Notes: a model not told the origin generated them from the sequence alone. DNA of 64,000 bases from Candidatus Omnitrophota bacterium (GCA_018400015.1 JAGYNB010000003.1:5022-69021); one strand, 5' to 3'. Numbered from the stretch's first letter, positions 34,995-44,699 are shown. Made by a program: numbers and translations.

Positions 34995-35023
34995 ATAATA
35001 CAACAACTTACTTTCCATGTCAA
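34995..35023 (-). promoter_or_regulatory. near-consensus sigma70 promoter driving tRNA-Thr and the downstream rpmG-tRNA-Trp-secE-nusG cluster
   Basis: On the minus strand the -35 TTGACA lies at 35023-35018 and the -10 TATTAT at 35000-34995, with a 17-nt spacer. That puts the predicted transcription start about 11 nt before the tRNA 5' end. Confidence 0.55.
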
Positions 35024-35254
35024 GTATTTTTTTTATTAAATTTTTTCCTATTTTTACTTAAAAAGCTACGACTATATCCTTTTGCATCATAATAGACAAA
35101 TTAGCTTTATCATAAAGCATTGCTACTCAATTCGTAACAATACATGATCATTACATATACTAAGATCTGACTAATACACTATTTCGCTTCAGGATCTTTT
35201 AATTCTTTTTTATTTACTTAACAGCTTGATTTTGCTAATATTAAACAAAAGGAG

Positions 35255-35938
35255 ATGGTGATGAACAAGAAAAGCTTTACGATGATAGAATTATTAATCA
35301 GTATTATTATAATAACAATAATTGCCTCTATATCGGTTTTTACCTATAATAAGGCTATTGATTATAACAAACAAAAAATCTGCATCCAAAACCAGCTTCT
35401 AATAAATACTCTTTTGGAATTATATACAAGAGAAGAAAATCCAGAAACAATTACGCTAAGCGCAATACCCGATATATATTTCGAAAAAGCTCTAGCTAAA
35501 ATAATTGATATCGACCCTTTATTTCTGCGCAAAAGAATAGTTTATAAAAAGATCAATTCTTTTAATAATAAAAAACTCTGTTATGCTTCAGAATTAACTG
35601 AATTAATAGGCAGGAAAGACTTTTTGATTTGTCCAGAAGATAAAACACCTACAAATAACAATGGTTCTTCTTATGCGATAGTCTCCTCTTTAAGCAACTG
35701 GAAAACCGCTTTCCCGTCAGCGAATTCAGCCTACGATGCTTATATTCTCTGCCGGACAAACGACATCCCCTTAATCGTTGATGCAGAAAGCCAAACATTT
35801 AATTATACAGGCAGCCTTTCCCCTACTGAGCCAAGGCACGGCGGGTTTATTCAGGAAAAATATTCTATAACTACGACCGGTAAAGGCGATGTTTTTAAAT
35901 GTAACAGCGCAGGAACAAAAGTATTACAGCTTAAATAA
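35255..35938 (+). CDS. type IV pilin / pseudopilin-like protein with a class III (prepilin) signal
   Basis: The N-terminus is KKSFTMIELLISIIIITIIASISV, close to the consensus FTLIELL with Glu at +5. It differs in having Ser rather than Gly at -1. A ~190 aa C-terminal domain with 5 Cys follows. The RBS AAAAGGAG lies upstream. Confidence 0.7.
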   Translation: MVMNKKSFTMIELLISIIIITIIASISVFTYNKAIDYNKQKICIQNQLLINTLLELYTREENPETITLSAIPDIYFEKALAKIIDIDPLFLRKRIVYKKINSFNNKKLCYASELTELIGRKDFLICPEDKTPTNNNGSSYAIVSSLSNWKTAFPSANSAYDAYILCRTNDIPLIVDAESQTFNYTGSLSPTEPRHGGFIQEKYSITTTGKGDVFKCNSAGTKVLQLK

Positions 35939-35972
35939 TATTTAATTATTCAAGAAATATACAAACCAAAAT

Positions 35973-36761
35973 TTAATTATTGTTTAGAAAATTTGACAAC
36001 CTGGCAAAATCGTGCAAACTTAATGACTCTGCTCTGATTTTTTCAGAAAGCTTGAGAGAATCTAATGCAGATAGTATTTTTGGCTTATCGAATAAACCCA
36101 TAAGAGAATTAACAAGGGTTTTTCTTCTCTTATTAAAACCTGCCCTAATGATTTTAAAAAACTGCTTCTCATCGTTTACTAAAAACTCTTGTTTACTTCT
36201 TATATCAAACCTTACAATAGCTGAATCTACCTTTGGTTTTGGCAGAAAACACCCCTTACTTACCTTAAATAATACATTGGGAACAGTATAATAATTCACA
36301 AAGCAGGTAAATGCACTGTAATCCTTTATCCCGGGATGCGCAATGATACGCCGGGCAAATTCTTTTTGAACCATTAAAGTAAAACCACTTAATGAATCTT
36401 TATTGTTTATCAAATAGGCAATGATCAAACTAGTAATATTGTAAGGAATATTACCAACCGCATAAGCATTTTTAAACAAACTTAAATCATATTTTAAAAT
36501 ATCCTGGTTTACAAGCTCTACATTGTTATAACTTTTTAATTTATCAGCTAAGATTCTGCACATATTGTTATCAATTTCAACACAGACAAGCTTTTTGGCG
36601 ATTTTTGCCAGTTCTGTCGTTAACGCGCCTTGTCCTGGGCCGATTTCAATAACCGTATCTTTTATTTCTTTAGATACGCTTCCTATGATTTTATAGATAA
36701 TATTTTTATCGACCAGCAGATGCTGACCAAAACTTTTTCTCAGGCGAGTTTCTTCAAACAT
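35973..36761 (-). CDS. rsmA: 16S rRNA (adenine1518/1519-N6)-dimethyltransferase
   Basis: 262 aa with the SAM-binding motif IEIGPGQGALT and a KsgA-like fold. Confidence 0.85.
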   Translation of the reverse strand: MFEETRLRKSFGQHLLVDKNIIYKIIGSVSKEIKDTVIEIGPGQGALTTELAKIAKKLVCVEIDNNMCRILADKLKSYNNVELVNQDILKYDLSLFKNAYAVGNIPYNITSLIIAYLINNKDSLSGFTLMVQKEFARRIIAHPGIKDYSAFTCFVNYYTVPNVLFKVSKGCFLPKPKVDSAIVRFDIRSKQEFLVNDEKQFFKIIRAGFNKRRKTLVNSLMGLFDKPKILSALDSLKLSEKIRAESLSLHDFARLSNFLNNN

Positions 36762-37687
36762 CGTTTTTTGTGGGCTTTAACAGCAAGAATAATTGCCTGT
36801 TTCATAGAAGTACAATCGGCAATAGATTTACCAGCGATTTCATAGGCGGTTCCATGGCCAGGCGAAGTCCTTACAAACGGCAGGCCGATAGTAAGATTGA
36901 CACAGTTAAAAAAATTATTCTGCTTTATGGGAATAAGACCTTGGTCGTGATACATAGCAACAAATGCATCAAAATCTTTTTTGTAAAAAAGCGAATCTGC
37001 AGGATACGGCCCAGAAATATTCTTTGATTTTAGTTTTCTAATTGCCGGAATTATTTTAGCAATTTCTTCTTTACCAAAAGAATTACCTTCTGCGGCATGC
37101 GGATTAAGCCCGGAAACAGCAACCTTGGGATTACTAATACCAAAGTAATCTTTAAGGCCTTTTAATGTGAGCTTAATCGTTTCGGAAATATTTTTTATAT
37201 CTAAAGTCTTCGAAACCTCTCTTAACGGGATATGTCTAGTTACGACAGAAACCCTTAAATTATCATTAACTAACATCATAAGGTAATTTTTAACATTAAA
37301 AAAACTTGCCAGATATTCAGTATGTCCATGAAAAGTTATTCCACAGCGGTTGATTGCTTCTTTATTAACCGGTGCGGTTACCAGACAATCTGCCTGTTTA
37401 GATTTAATTAATTCACAAGCTTTTTTTATATACATAAATGATGCTTCAGCTGATTGTTTATTGTATATACCAAACTGCGGGGGGCTCTTAAGAAGGTCTA
37501 TATCGATAATATTAATATTTTTGTCTAAATTTGCTCTATTAAGACAGGTCTTATCTGTTATTACTGTATAGCAGGCAAGTGAAGATATTTTTTTATCAGC
37601 CAGTGCCTTTACGACAACCTCTAAACCTATACCGGAAGGATCACCGGCAGTAATCACTATTTTAGGCTTAAGAAAACGTTTAATCAT
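36740..37687 (-). CDS. pdxA: 4-hydroxythreonine-4-phosphate dehydrogenase
   Basis: 315 aa with PdxA family blocks (ITAGDPSGIG, GHTE, VRTSPGHGTA). Confidence 0.85.
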   Translation of the reverse strand: MIKRFLKPKIVITAGDPSGIGLEVVVKALADKKISSLACYTVITDKTCLNRANLDKNINIIDIDLLKSPPQFGIYNKQSAEASFMYIKKACELIKSKQADCLVTAPVNKEAINRCGITFHGHTEYLASFFNVKNYLMMLVNDNLRVSVVTRHIPLREVSKTLDIKNISETIKLTLKGLKDYFGISNPKVAVSGLNPHAAEGNSFGKEEIAKIIPAIRKLKSKNISGPYPADSLFYKKDFDAFVAMYHDQGLIPIKQNNFFNCVNLTIGLPFVRTSPGHGTAYEIAGKSIADCTSMKQAIILAVKAHKKRCLKKLA

Positions 37688-38585
37688 TAATTACGATCTT
37701 TGCTTTTGACTTTAAATCTTTTATCCACTCAGATAATTCAATTTCCATTTTATCGCGCCAGATAATATCTCGTATCTGCGCCTGTGCTTCTTTAAGAGTA
37801 AAGCTTCTTGAAGGTTCGATTTTATCAATATAAAAAATATAGAATTCATCTTCCTGTTTTATTGGCTGAGAAAATTCTTTTTCATTTAGGGAGAAAATGG
37901 CTTTCTCCAGATCGTCCTTTAGCGTATCTTTACCTACAAAACCTAGATTAATTTCACTATTAAATTCTTTTTGCACATCTGTAAACGCAACCTTAGTATT
38001 TAATAATGCCATTGCCCTATTCACCTCTTGTTTAGAACCAAGCCGAAGCGCTAAAACTTCTCGCATTTCTTGCTTCATAAACTCCTGAGCATGTTTTGCG
38101 TAAAACTCGGTTACTTCTCTAGGGCTTATATATATCTTAGAGCGTACCTGCTGATTAATCATCTCCATTGTCAAAAGCTGCTGTTCTATGCGCTTATAAA
38201 GATCATCTCGGCTAAATCCGCTTTTTGATAGATGTTTTTCAAACTCAGCTTCATTTGGAAAACGGTTTCTTATTTCATCAATTCTCTGCTGTATATATTC
38301 AGGTTTTATCATCATACCCATCTTGCGGGCCAAGGAAATAATCAATTTATCTTCTATTAAATTATCAAGAGCCTGAGATTTAACCTCGTTTAACTTTTCT
38401 TCAAGCTCTTTACCTGAGAATCTATCTTCAAGCTGGAATTTATTCATTGATATATAAGCTGTCACGTCATAATCGGTAATCACCTCGTTGTTAACAAACG
38501 CAACTATTTTACTAGCAAATGCATTTGCAGCAATAAAACTTAAAAAAATAAATATAATAATAGTTTTAGTTTTTTCCATTTTCAC
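37680..38585 (-). CDS. SurA-like periplasmic chaperone: SurA N-terminal domain plus a degenerate parvulin-like domain, with a signal peptide
   Basis: 301 aa. N-terminal signal peptide (IIIFIFLSFIAANAFAS), then a SurA_N-like helical region. The C-terminal segment resembles a parvulin fold but lacks the conserved His residues. Confidence 0.6.
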   Translation of the reverse strand: MKMEKTKTIIIFIFLSFIAANAFASKIVAFVNNEVITDYDVTAYISMNKFQLEDRFSGKELEEKLNEVKSQALDNLIEDKLIISLARKMGMMIKPEYIQQRIDEIRNRFPNEAEFEKHLSKSGFSRDDLYKRIEQQLLTMEMINQQVRSKIYISPREVTEFYAKHAQEFMKQEMREVLALRLGSKQEVNRAMALLNTKVAFTDVQKEFNSEINLGFVGKDTLKDDLEKAIFSLNEKEFSQPIKQEDEFYIFYIDKIEPSRSFTLKEAQAQIRDIIWRDKMEIELSEWIKDLKSKAKIVIND

Positions 38586-40455
38586 TTAATATGCTTACTG
38601 TTTCTCTTAATAACCTGCAGTATAGATCAAAACCCACGGCGGTTATGAACCCGTGTTGCTGTTTCCCTAAAATATTGCCCGCACCCCTGATCTGAAGATC
38701 CTGCATGGCAATTTTAAATCCCGAGCCAAGTTTTGAATACTGAACTAAAGCGGAAAGTCTTTTATTGGCATCGGAAGTAATATTTAAATTTTTTCTTATA
38801 AGAAAATAGGCATAGGCTTGATTCTCATACCTTCCCACCCTGCCTCTAAGCTGATGCAAATCAGACAAACCAAACCGATCTGCATTATTTACAATTAAAG
38901 TATTGGCGTTTGGAACATCCATACCGGATTCGATAATATTCGAACATACCAATATTTTTATTTTATTATCAAGGAAATCTATAATTATACTCTCTAAGAC
39001 CTTCGAAGGCATTTGTCCATGGGCAGTCTCTATCCTGACATTTCTCCCAACGAGATCAGAGATTTTATTCTTTATTTTATCTATATCGTAAATCTGGTTA
39101 TGAACAAAATAAACCTGTCCGCCGCGTTTGATCTCACGGTCTAACGCATGTTTAATCAAAGATTCATCAAACTCATTAACAAAAGTCTTAACAGATAATC
39201 TTTTTTTAGGCGGTGTCTCTATTAAAGAAATGTCTTTTAACCCCACAAGCGACATATAAAATGTCCTGGGTATGGGAGTTGCCGTAAGAGTAAGAATGTC
39301 TACATTCATTCTTAGGTTTTTTAATTTATCTTTTGCCGCAACCCCAAAACGCTGTTCTTCATCTATTATCAATAAGCCCAGGTCCTTAAATTCAATATCT
39401 TTAGTCAATAACCGGTGAGTACCGATAATTAAATCAATTTTACCCTTTTTTAAATCGCGGACAATACGATTTTGCTCTTGTTTTGACTTAAACCTGCTGA
39501 GCATGGCAATATTAACCGGAAAATCCTTAATCCTTGATTTAAAGTTATGGAAGTGCTGCTCTGCGAGTATTGTCGTGGGAACAAGTATGGCGACCTGTTT
39601 ATTATCCATCATTGCCTTAAAGGCTGCCCGTAAGGCTACCTCTGTCTTTCCATAACCAACATCTCCGCATAAAAGCCTATCCATGGGCCTAGAAGACTCC
39701 ATATCCTGTTTAACCGCAAAGACCGCTTTTGCCTGATCAAGAGTTTCCTTATAAGGAAAACCCCCTTCAAACTGACTCTGCCAATCCGTATCCTTAGAAA
39801 ATCTTATACCGCTTGAATACTGCCTTTTTGCCTGTAGTTCCAAAATGGAAAGGGCATAGTTTCTGATTTTCTTTTTGGCATTTTCTTTAGTCTTTAACCA
39901 CTGTTTTGATCCGAGTTTATTGAGTTTTGGCCTTCTGTGTTCAAAACTGACATATTTCTGAACAAGATACATCTTATCCATGGGAACATAAAGTTTTTCA
40001 TTGTTCAAGTATTCAATGATCAAACATGGATCTTCTTTTTCTAAAGACCTTACTTTCTTTGTCCCTTTATACCTGCCGATACCGTGGTGAATATGCACCA
40101 CATAATCACCCAATTCCAGATCAAGGTAGCTTGCAAACGGCATATCCTCTTTAAAACTAAAATTGCGCACCGACCTTATGGACTTAGGCAATATTATTGC
40201 CATATCATGTTCCCATAATGATCTTCCGTTTCTTAAATTAAAACTTGTCATTTTTTCGAGTTTATCAAAATTAAAAACAATCCTTAATGGAAATTCAAAA
40301 TTACACGGAAAGATATCCACGATTTCGCCCCTTACGGCAAAATCGCCTTCTTCCAATATTGAATTTTGCCTGACATAATCAAAATCTACAAAAGTCTTAA
40401 TCAGTTCCTTTAGCAACAGATTCTGACCACTGTAAAGCTTTAAAGTCTTAAACAT
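38566..40455 (-). CDS. mfd: transcription-repair coupling factor homolog (short Mfd: RNAP-interaction domain plus superfamily-2 translocase; lacks N-terminal and C-terminal modules)
   Basis: 629 aa. GDYVVHIHHGIGRY is the CarD/TRCF RNAP-interacting motif. Helicase motifs are present: LLCGDVGYGKTEVALRAA (motif I), the DEAD-box-like LIIDEEQRFG (motif II) and QLRGRVGR (motif VI). Confidence 0.7.
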   Translation of the reverse strand: MFKTLKLYSGQNLLLKELIKTFVDFDYVRQNSILEEGDFAVRGEIVDIFPCNFEFPLRIVFNFDKLEKMTSFNLRNGRSLWEHDMAIILPKSIRSVRNFSFKEDMPFASYLDLELGDYVVHIHHGIGRYKGTKKVRSLEKEDPCLIIEYLNNEKLYVPMDKMYLVQKYVSFEHRRPKLNKLGSKQWLKTKENAKKKIRNYALSILELQAKRQYSSGIRFSKDTDWQSQFEGGFPYKETLDQAKAVFAVKQDMESSRPMDRLLCGDVGYGKTEVALRAAFKAMMDNKQVAILVPTTILAEQHFHNFKSRIKDFPVNIAMLSRFKSKQEQNRIVRDLKKGKIDLIIGTHRLLTKDIEFKDLGLLIIDEEQRFGVAAKDKLKNLRMNVDILTLTATPIPRTFYMSLVGLKDISLIETPPKKRLSVKTFVNEFDESLIKHALDREIKRGGQVYFVHNQIYDIDKIKNKISDLVGRNVRIETAHGQMPSKVLESIIIDFLDNKIKILVCSNIIESGMDVPNANTLIVNNADRFGLSDLHQLRGRVGRYENQAYAYFLIRKNLNITSDANKRLSALVQYSKLGSGFKIAMQDLQIRGAGNILGKQQHGFITAVGFDLYCRLLRETVSILSENGKN

Positions 40456-40456
40456 T

Positions 40457-42646
40457 TTAAATACGCTTCTGCCAAGAAATCACCAAAGGCGAAACGATAT
40501 AAATCGTAGAATAAATTCCTGAAATAAACCCTATCAAAAGACAAAAGGCAAACCCGTTTAGTATCTGTCCTCCCAAATACAACAGGCTTACCACCACAAG
40601 AAGAGTTAAAAATGTGGTTATTATGGTTCTGCTCAACGTCTGGTTTACAGCTTTGTTTACGATTTCTCTTACGCTGGATTTTGGGTGTGCCTTAGCAACT
40701 TCTCTTACGCGATCATAAATAACTATTGTATCATTAATGGAATAACCTGCGATAGTTAACAATGCCGTAACGATCAAAAGATCAATTTGCTGATTACTCA
40801 TCACCAAAATCCCCAAAGATATCAAACAATCATGTAATAAAGCAATGATTCCCGCAAGGCCAAAAGCAAAATGCTTGAATCTTAACCCAACATATAAAAG
40901 AATTCCGATCAAAGCAAAAATAAGGGCTAAAATAGCCTTCTTCTTTAATTGCTCCCCTATAACCGGGCCAACTTTTTCTATCCTTAGAACTTCTAACTTG
41001 TTACCAGTGAAATCCTCTTTGAATTTTGTTTGAATCATCGATGATGTATCTTCAGCTGTTCGCAATAACACATGCCTTGGTTCGTCTTTTATTTTCTGTA
41101 TTGAAGTGTCTCCTAAACCGATTTCAGATAACGAACTCCTTAAATCGGTTAAAGCAATTTCTTTCTCAAAAGCATATTCCTGCAACTGCCCACCGGCAAA
41201 ATCAACCCCATAAACACTATCGCCTTTTTTTAGATAAGAAAATACTCCCATGGCTATCAAAACCAATGAAACACAATAAAAAATCTTTCTCCTCTTGAAA
41301 AAGTCTATATTGGTTTTCCTGAAGAAATTAATCATAGCAATCCTTGTAACCTTGGAATTTAAAAGAACAAGCTCGAATATAGTGCGGGTTACGATTATTG
41401 CCGTAAACATACTCGCAACCAGACCGATTGTCAAAGTAACGGCAAATCCTTTTATCGGACCTGTACCAAAACTAAAAAGCAAGGCTGCGGCAATTAAGGT
41501 CGTAAGATTAGAATCAAATATAGCGCTAAAGGCCTTATCATAGCCATTGCTCACTGCTGCCCTAAGACTTCTCCCCAAAGACAGCTCTTCTCTGATTCTT
41601 TCGTTAATCAACACATTTGCATCAACAGCCATACCAATAGTTAAAACAATACCGGCAATACCAGGAAGAGTAAGCGTTGCTGCAAACTCAGGCATAACCA
41701 CATGTAAAAATCCTAACGTACCGAATATTATCAAAATATTTAGTAAAAGCGCTATATTAGCAATAATGCCGGGCAATAGATAATAAAAACTCATGAACGC
41801 AAAAACCAAAATAAAACCAACAACACAGGCGGTTATACCAGCCTTAATTGAATCCTGCCCCAAAAGCGGCCCGATAGTGCGTTCTTCTTCAATATATATA
41901 GGTGCCGGCAGCGATCCAACCCTTAATATGACCGATAAATCATTTGCCTCTTGAACAGAAAATCTTCCGGAGATCTGAGCGTTACCTGAAGGTATCTCTT
42001 CTTGTATTACAGGAGCGCTTTTTATATTGCCGTCTAAAACAATTGCCAAACGTCTACCAACATTTTCTCGCGTAAGAAGAGCAAACTCCTTTGCCCCAAC
42101 TGAATTAAAATTCAAACTTACATAAGGCATGCCGAACTGTTCATGTGAAAAGTCAACTCTTGCATCTTTCACCAATTCACCGGAAAGAGCAGTTTCTTTA
42201 TGTAATAGTATTGGTTTTTTATCCAAATATTTCAATTCATATTCATCACCGATGTTACCATTAAGAGCATTTCTCAAATTATTCGCATCATCTTCAACGA
42301 GTTTAAACTCCAAATAGCCTGTTTTTTTAATCAAATCGATTGCACGCTCTCTGTCCGTAAAACCGGGAAGCTGTAAAACAATCTGGCTATCCCCCTGAAG
42401 CTGAATAACCGTTTCCCGTACGCCAAATTCGTCGATCCGGTTTCTTACGACCTCTAACGCTCTTTCCAAAGCGCCTTGTTTTGCATCAGCATCAAGCTTA
42501 CTGGAATCAACTTTTAAAACCAGATGCATTCCACCTTTTAAATCAAGTCCAAGATTGACTCTCTTTTCAAAAGGAAAGGTGAACCAGGCGAAAAAACCAA
42601 CTGTTAATAATAAAAGACCTGTTCTGATTAGTAATTTTCTTTGCAT
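40457..42646 (-). CDS. secDF: protein translocase subunit SecDF (fused SecD-SecF)
   Basis: 729 aa with two six-transmembrane RND-like halves. Confidence 0.85.
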   Translation of the reverse strand: MQRKLLIRTGLLLLTVGFFAWFTFPFEKRVNLGLDLKGGMHLVLKVDSSKLDADAKQGALERALEVVRNRIDEFGVRETVIQLQGDSQIVLQLPGFTDRERAIDLIKKTGYLEFKLVEDDANNLRNALNGNIGDEYELKYLDKKPILLHKETALSGELVKDARVDFSHEQFGMPYVSLNFNSVGAKEFALLTRENVGRRLAIVLDGNIKSAPVIQEEIPSGNAQISGRFSVQEANDLSVILRVGSLPAPIYIEEERTIGPLLGQDSIKAGITACVVGFILVFAFMSFYYLLPGIIANIALLLNILIIFGTLGFLHVVMPEFAATLTLPGIAGIVLTIGMAVDANVLINERIREELSLGRSLRAAVSNGYDKAFSAIFDSNLTTLIAAALLFSFGTGPIKGFAVTLTIGLVASMFTAIIVTRTIFELVLLNSKVTRIAMINFFRKTNIDFFKRRKIFYCVSLVLIAMGVFSYLKKGDSVYGVDFAGGQLQEYAFEKEIALTDLRSSLSEIGLGDTSIQKIKDEPRHVLLRTAEDTSSMIQTKFKEDFTGNKLEVLRIEKVGPVIGEQLKKKAILALIFALIGILLYVGLRFKHFAFGLAGIIALLHDCLISLGILVMSNQQIDLLIVTALLTIAGYSINDTIVIYDRVREVAKAHPKSSVREIVNKAVNQTLSRTIITTFLTLLVVVSLLYLGGQILNGFAFCLLIGFISGIYSTIYIVSPLVISWQKRI

Positions 42647-42658
42647 ACAATCCCCTTA

Positions 42659-42943
42659 TTAACTTGCCGCTTTTGTCACTCTGGCAATTGCCGTTTTATC
42701 GATTTCGACTTTTGTATTATCATCGACCCTTAGGATAAAAGTGCTTTCTTTCACGTTGACTATTGTCCCGTGGATACCACAAATCGTAACAACTTCCGAA
42801 TTCTTTTTTAAAGACATTATCATTTCTTTATGCTTTTTCTCCTGCTGCTTTTGCGGCCTGATAAGCAGAAAATAAAAGATTACAAAGATAATGACGATCG
42901 GGAATAACTGCACCAATGGATTTATCGCTGCTTGCTGAGTCAT
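42659..42943 (-). CDS. yajC: preprotein translocase subunit YajC
   Basis: 94 aa with one transmembrane segment and YajC family sequence. Confidence 0.75.
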   Translation of the reverse strand: MTQQAAINPLVQLFPIVIIFVIFYFLLIRPQKQQEKKHKEMIMSLKKNSEVVTICGIHGTIVNVKESTFILRVDDNTKVEIDKTAIARVTKAAS

Positions 42944-42961
42944 AAAAACTCCTTTCTAACC

Positions 42962-43207
42962 TTATGATTTTGTTTTCTTTACCAAAGACTTAACTGTATC
43001 TGAAGGCTTAGCACCTTTTTTAATCCAACTCGTATATTTAGTTTTGTCTATCTTAAAAACTATCTCTTTGCCAGTGGGGTTATACTGCCCAATCTCGTCG
43101 ATAAACTTACCTTTGCTGTCTACTGAATCATCACAGACAACCACTCTGTACTTATGTCTTTTCTTGGAACTTTTTCCTGGTCTTCTTAATCTGATTACTG
43201 TTGCCAT
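42962..43207 (-). CDS. rpsP: 30S ribosomal protein S16
   Basis: 81 aa starting MATVIRLRRPGKSSKKRHKYRVVVCDDS...IGQYNP. Confidence 0.85.
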   Translation of the reverse strand: MATVIRLRRPGKSSKKRHKYRVVVCDDSVDSKGKFIDEIGQYNPTGKEIVFKIDKTKYTSWIKKGAKPSDTVKSLVKKTKS

Positions 43208-43232
43208 CTACATCCTCCTTATTGTTTTTTAT

Positions 43233-44699
43233 TTACAATGCGCTTAATTGCGCTCTTGCTTTATTCAAAGTCTCCATGTATTCGGTTTCAGGTTTAGAAT
43301 CCGCCACTATCCCTGCTCCAGATTGAATATATGCATAACCGTTTTTAATCAAAATCGAACGAATAGTTATACATGTATCAAGATTACCGGAAAAACTAAA
43401 ATAACCGACGCACCCGGCATATATCGAACGTTTTAAATTTTCCAATTCATCAATAATCTGCATAGCCCTTACCTTTGGTGCACCGCTTACCGTTCCTGCA
43501 GGAAAACAACTTACCAAACAATCAAAAATCGACTTTCTCTTGTCAAGAATACCTGTAACGTCGCTAACAATATGCATAACATGGGAATAACGTTCAATCG
43601 CCATGAATTCTTTTAATTTTATTGTCCCTTTTTTACAAACCCTGCCTAAATCATTACGCCCCAAATCAACCAGCATTATGTGCTCTGCTTTTTCCTTTTT
43701 GTCATTTAACAAAGACTTCTCAAACGACAAATCTTCTTTAACACTTTTACCTCTTGGTCTTGTACCGGCAATCGGACGAGTCTCAACAACTGAATCCTCG
43801 CAACGCACCAACAGCTCTGGAGAAGAACCCATCAGATTAACATCATCCAGTTTTAAATAAAACATATATGGCGAAGGATTAATCGAACGAAGATTCCTAT
43901 AGATATCAAAAGAGGGACGGTTGATCTTAACCTTAAACCGCTGTGACAAAACAACCTGAATTATATCACCTTTTTTAATATATTCCTTTGCTTTTTTTAC
44001 CATTTGCATAAACTTTTGTCTTGTCATACTAAAGACAACCTTATGCTTATTAGCAGGCTTTTTACTTTTGTTAATCTTTAAAGGCTTGTTTAAAAGTTGA
44101 TTTATCTGGCTGATTTTGAATAAGGCCTGCTTATAAAGCCTTTTTTTCTCAATCAAGCTTAAATTGGCACTTTTTAAGTACACATTAGAAACAATCTTGA
44201 TCTTGTGTCTGGTATGGTCAAACAATAAAATCGTATCGGTAAACATAAAAACAGAATCAGGAATCTTTAAATCATCGTTATTTTTATCCGGAATAGCTTC
44301 AAAGAAGCGCACCATATCATAAGACATGAAACCAACCAAACCCCCGCAAAAACGCGGCAGGCCCTTAATTTGCACAAATTTAAATCTTGCCAAAAAACTC
44401 TTAATTTCTTCAAGCGGACTGGATTTTGTAATAATTGTACTCTTTTTTCCGTGATCGATAATCGTAAGTTTTTTTCCTTTTGATATAAAAACTACTGCCG
44501 GATTAGCGCCTAGAAAAGAAAACCGAGCAATCTTCTCCTGTCCTTCAATTGACTCTAACAAATATGAAAATTTACAATTGCTAATTTTCATATAGGCCGA
44601 TACTGGAGTCTCCAAATCGGCAACAATCTCTTCGTAAACAGGAATCAGATTTCCTCTTTTTGAATACTTCAAAAACTCTTTTTCGCTTGGATAAATCAT
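43233..44699 (-). CDS. trpE: anthranilate synthase component I family protein (TrpE/PabB-like chorismate-utilising enzyme)
   Basis: 488 aa with the LLESIEGQEKIARFSFLG motif and a C-terminal chorismate-binding domain (AGTVSGAPKVRAMQII...GYFSFSGNLDTCITIRS). Confidence 0.65.
   Translation of the reverse strand: MIYPSEKEFLKYSKRGNLIPVYEEIVADLETPVSAYMKISNCKFSYLLESIEGQEKIARFSFLGANPAVVFISKGKKLTIIDHGKKSTIITKSSPLEEIKSFLARFKFVQIKGLPRFCGGLVGFMSYDMVRFFEAIPDKNNDDLKIPDSVFMFTDTILLFDHTRHKIKIVSNVYLKSANLSLIEKKRLYKQALFKISQINQLLNKPLKINKSKKPANKHKVVFSMTRQKFMQMVKKAKEYIKKGDIIQVVLSQRFKVKINRPSFDIYRNLRSINPSPYMFYLKLDDVNLMGSSPELLVRCEDSVVETRPIAGTRPRGKSVKEDLSFEKSLLNDKKEKAEHIMLVDLGRNDLGRVCKKGTIKLKEFMAIERYSHVMHIVSDVTGILDKRKSIFDCLVSCFPAGTVSGAPKVRAMQIIDELENLKRSIYAGCVGYFSFSGNLDTCITIRSILIKNGYAYIQSGAGIVADSKPETEYMETLNKARAQLSAL

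Noticed and set aside
35939-35972. Possible bidirectional terminator between the convergent pilin and ksgA genes
   Set aside because: No stable inverted repeat could be found by eye in the 34-nt AT-rich spacer.
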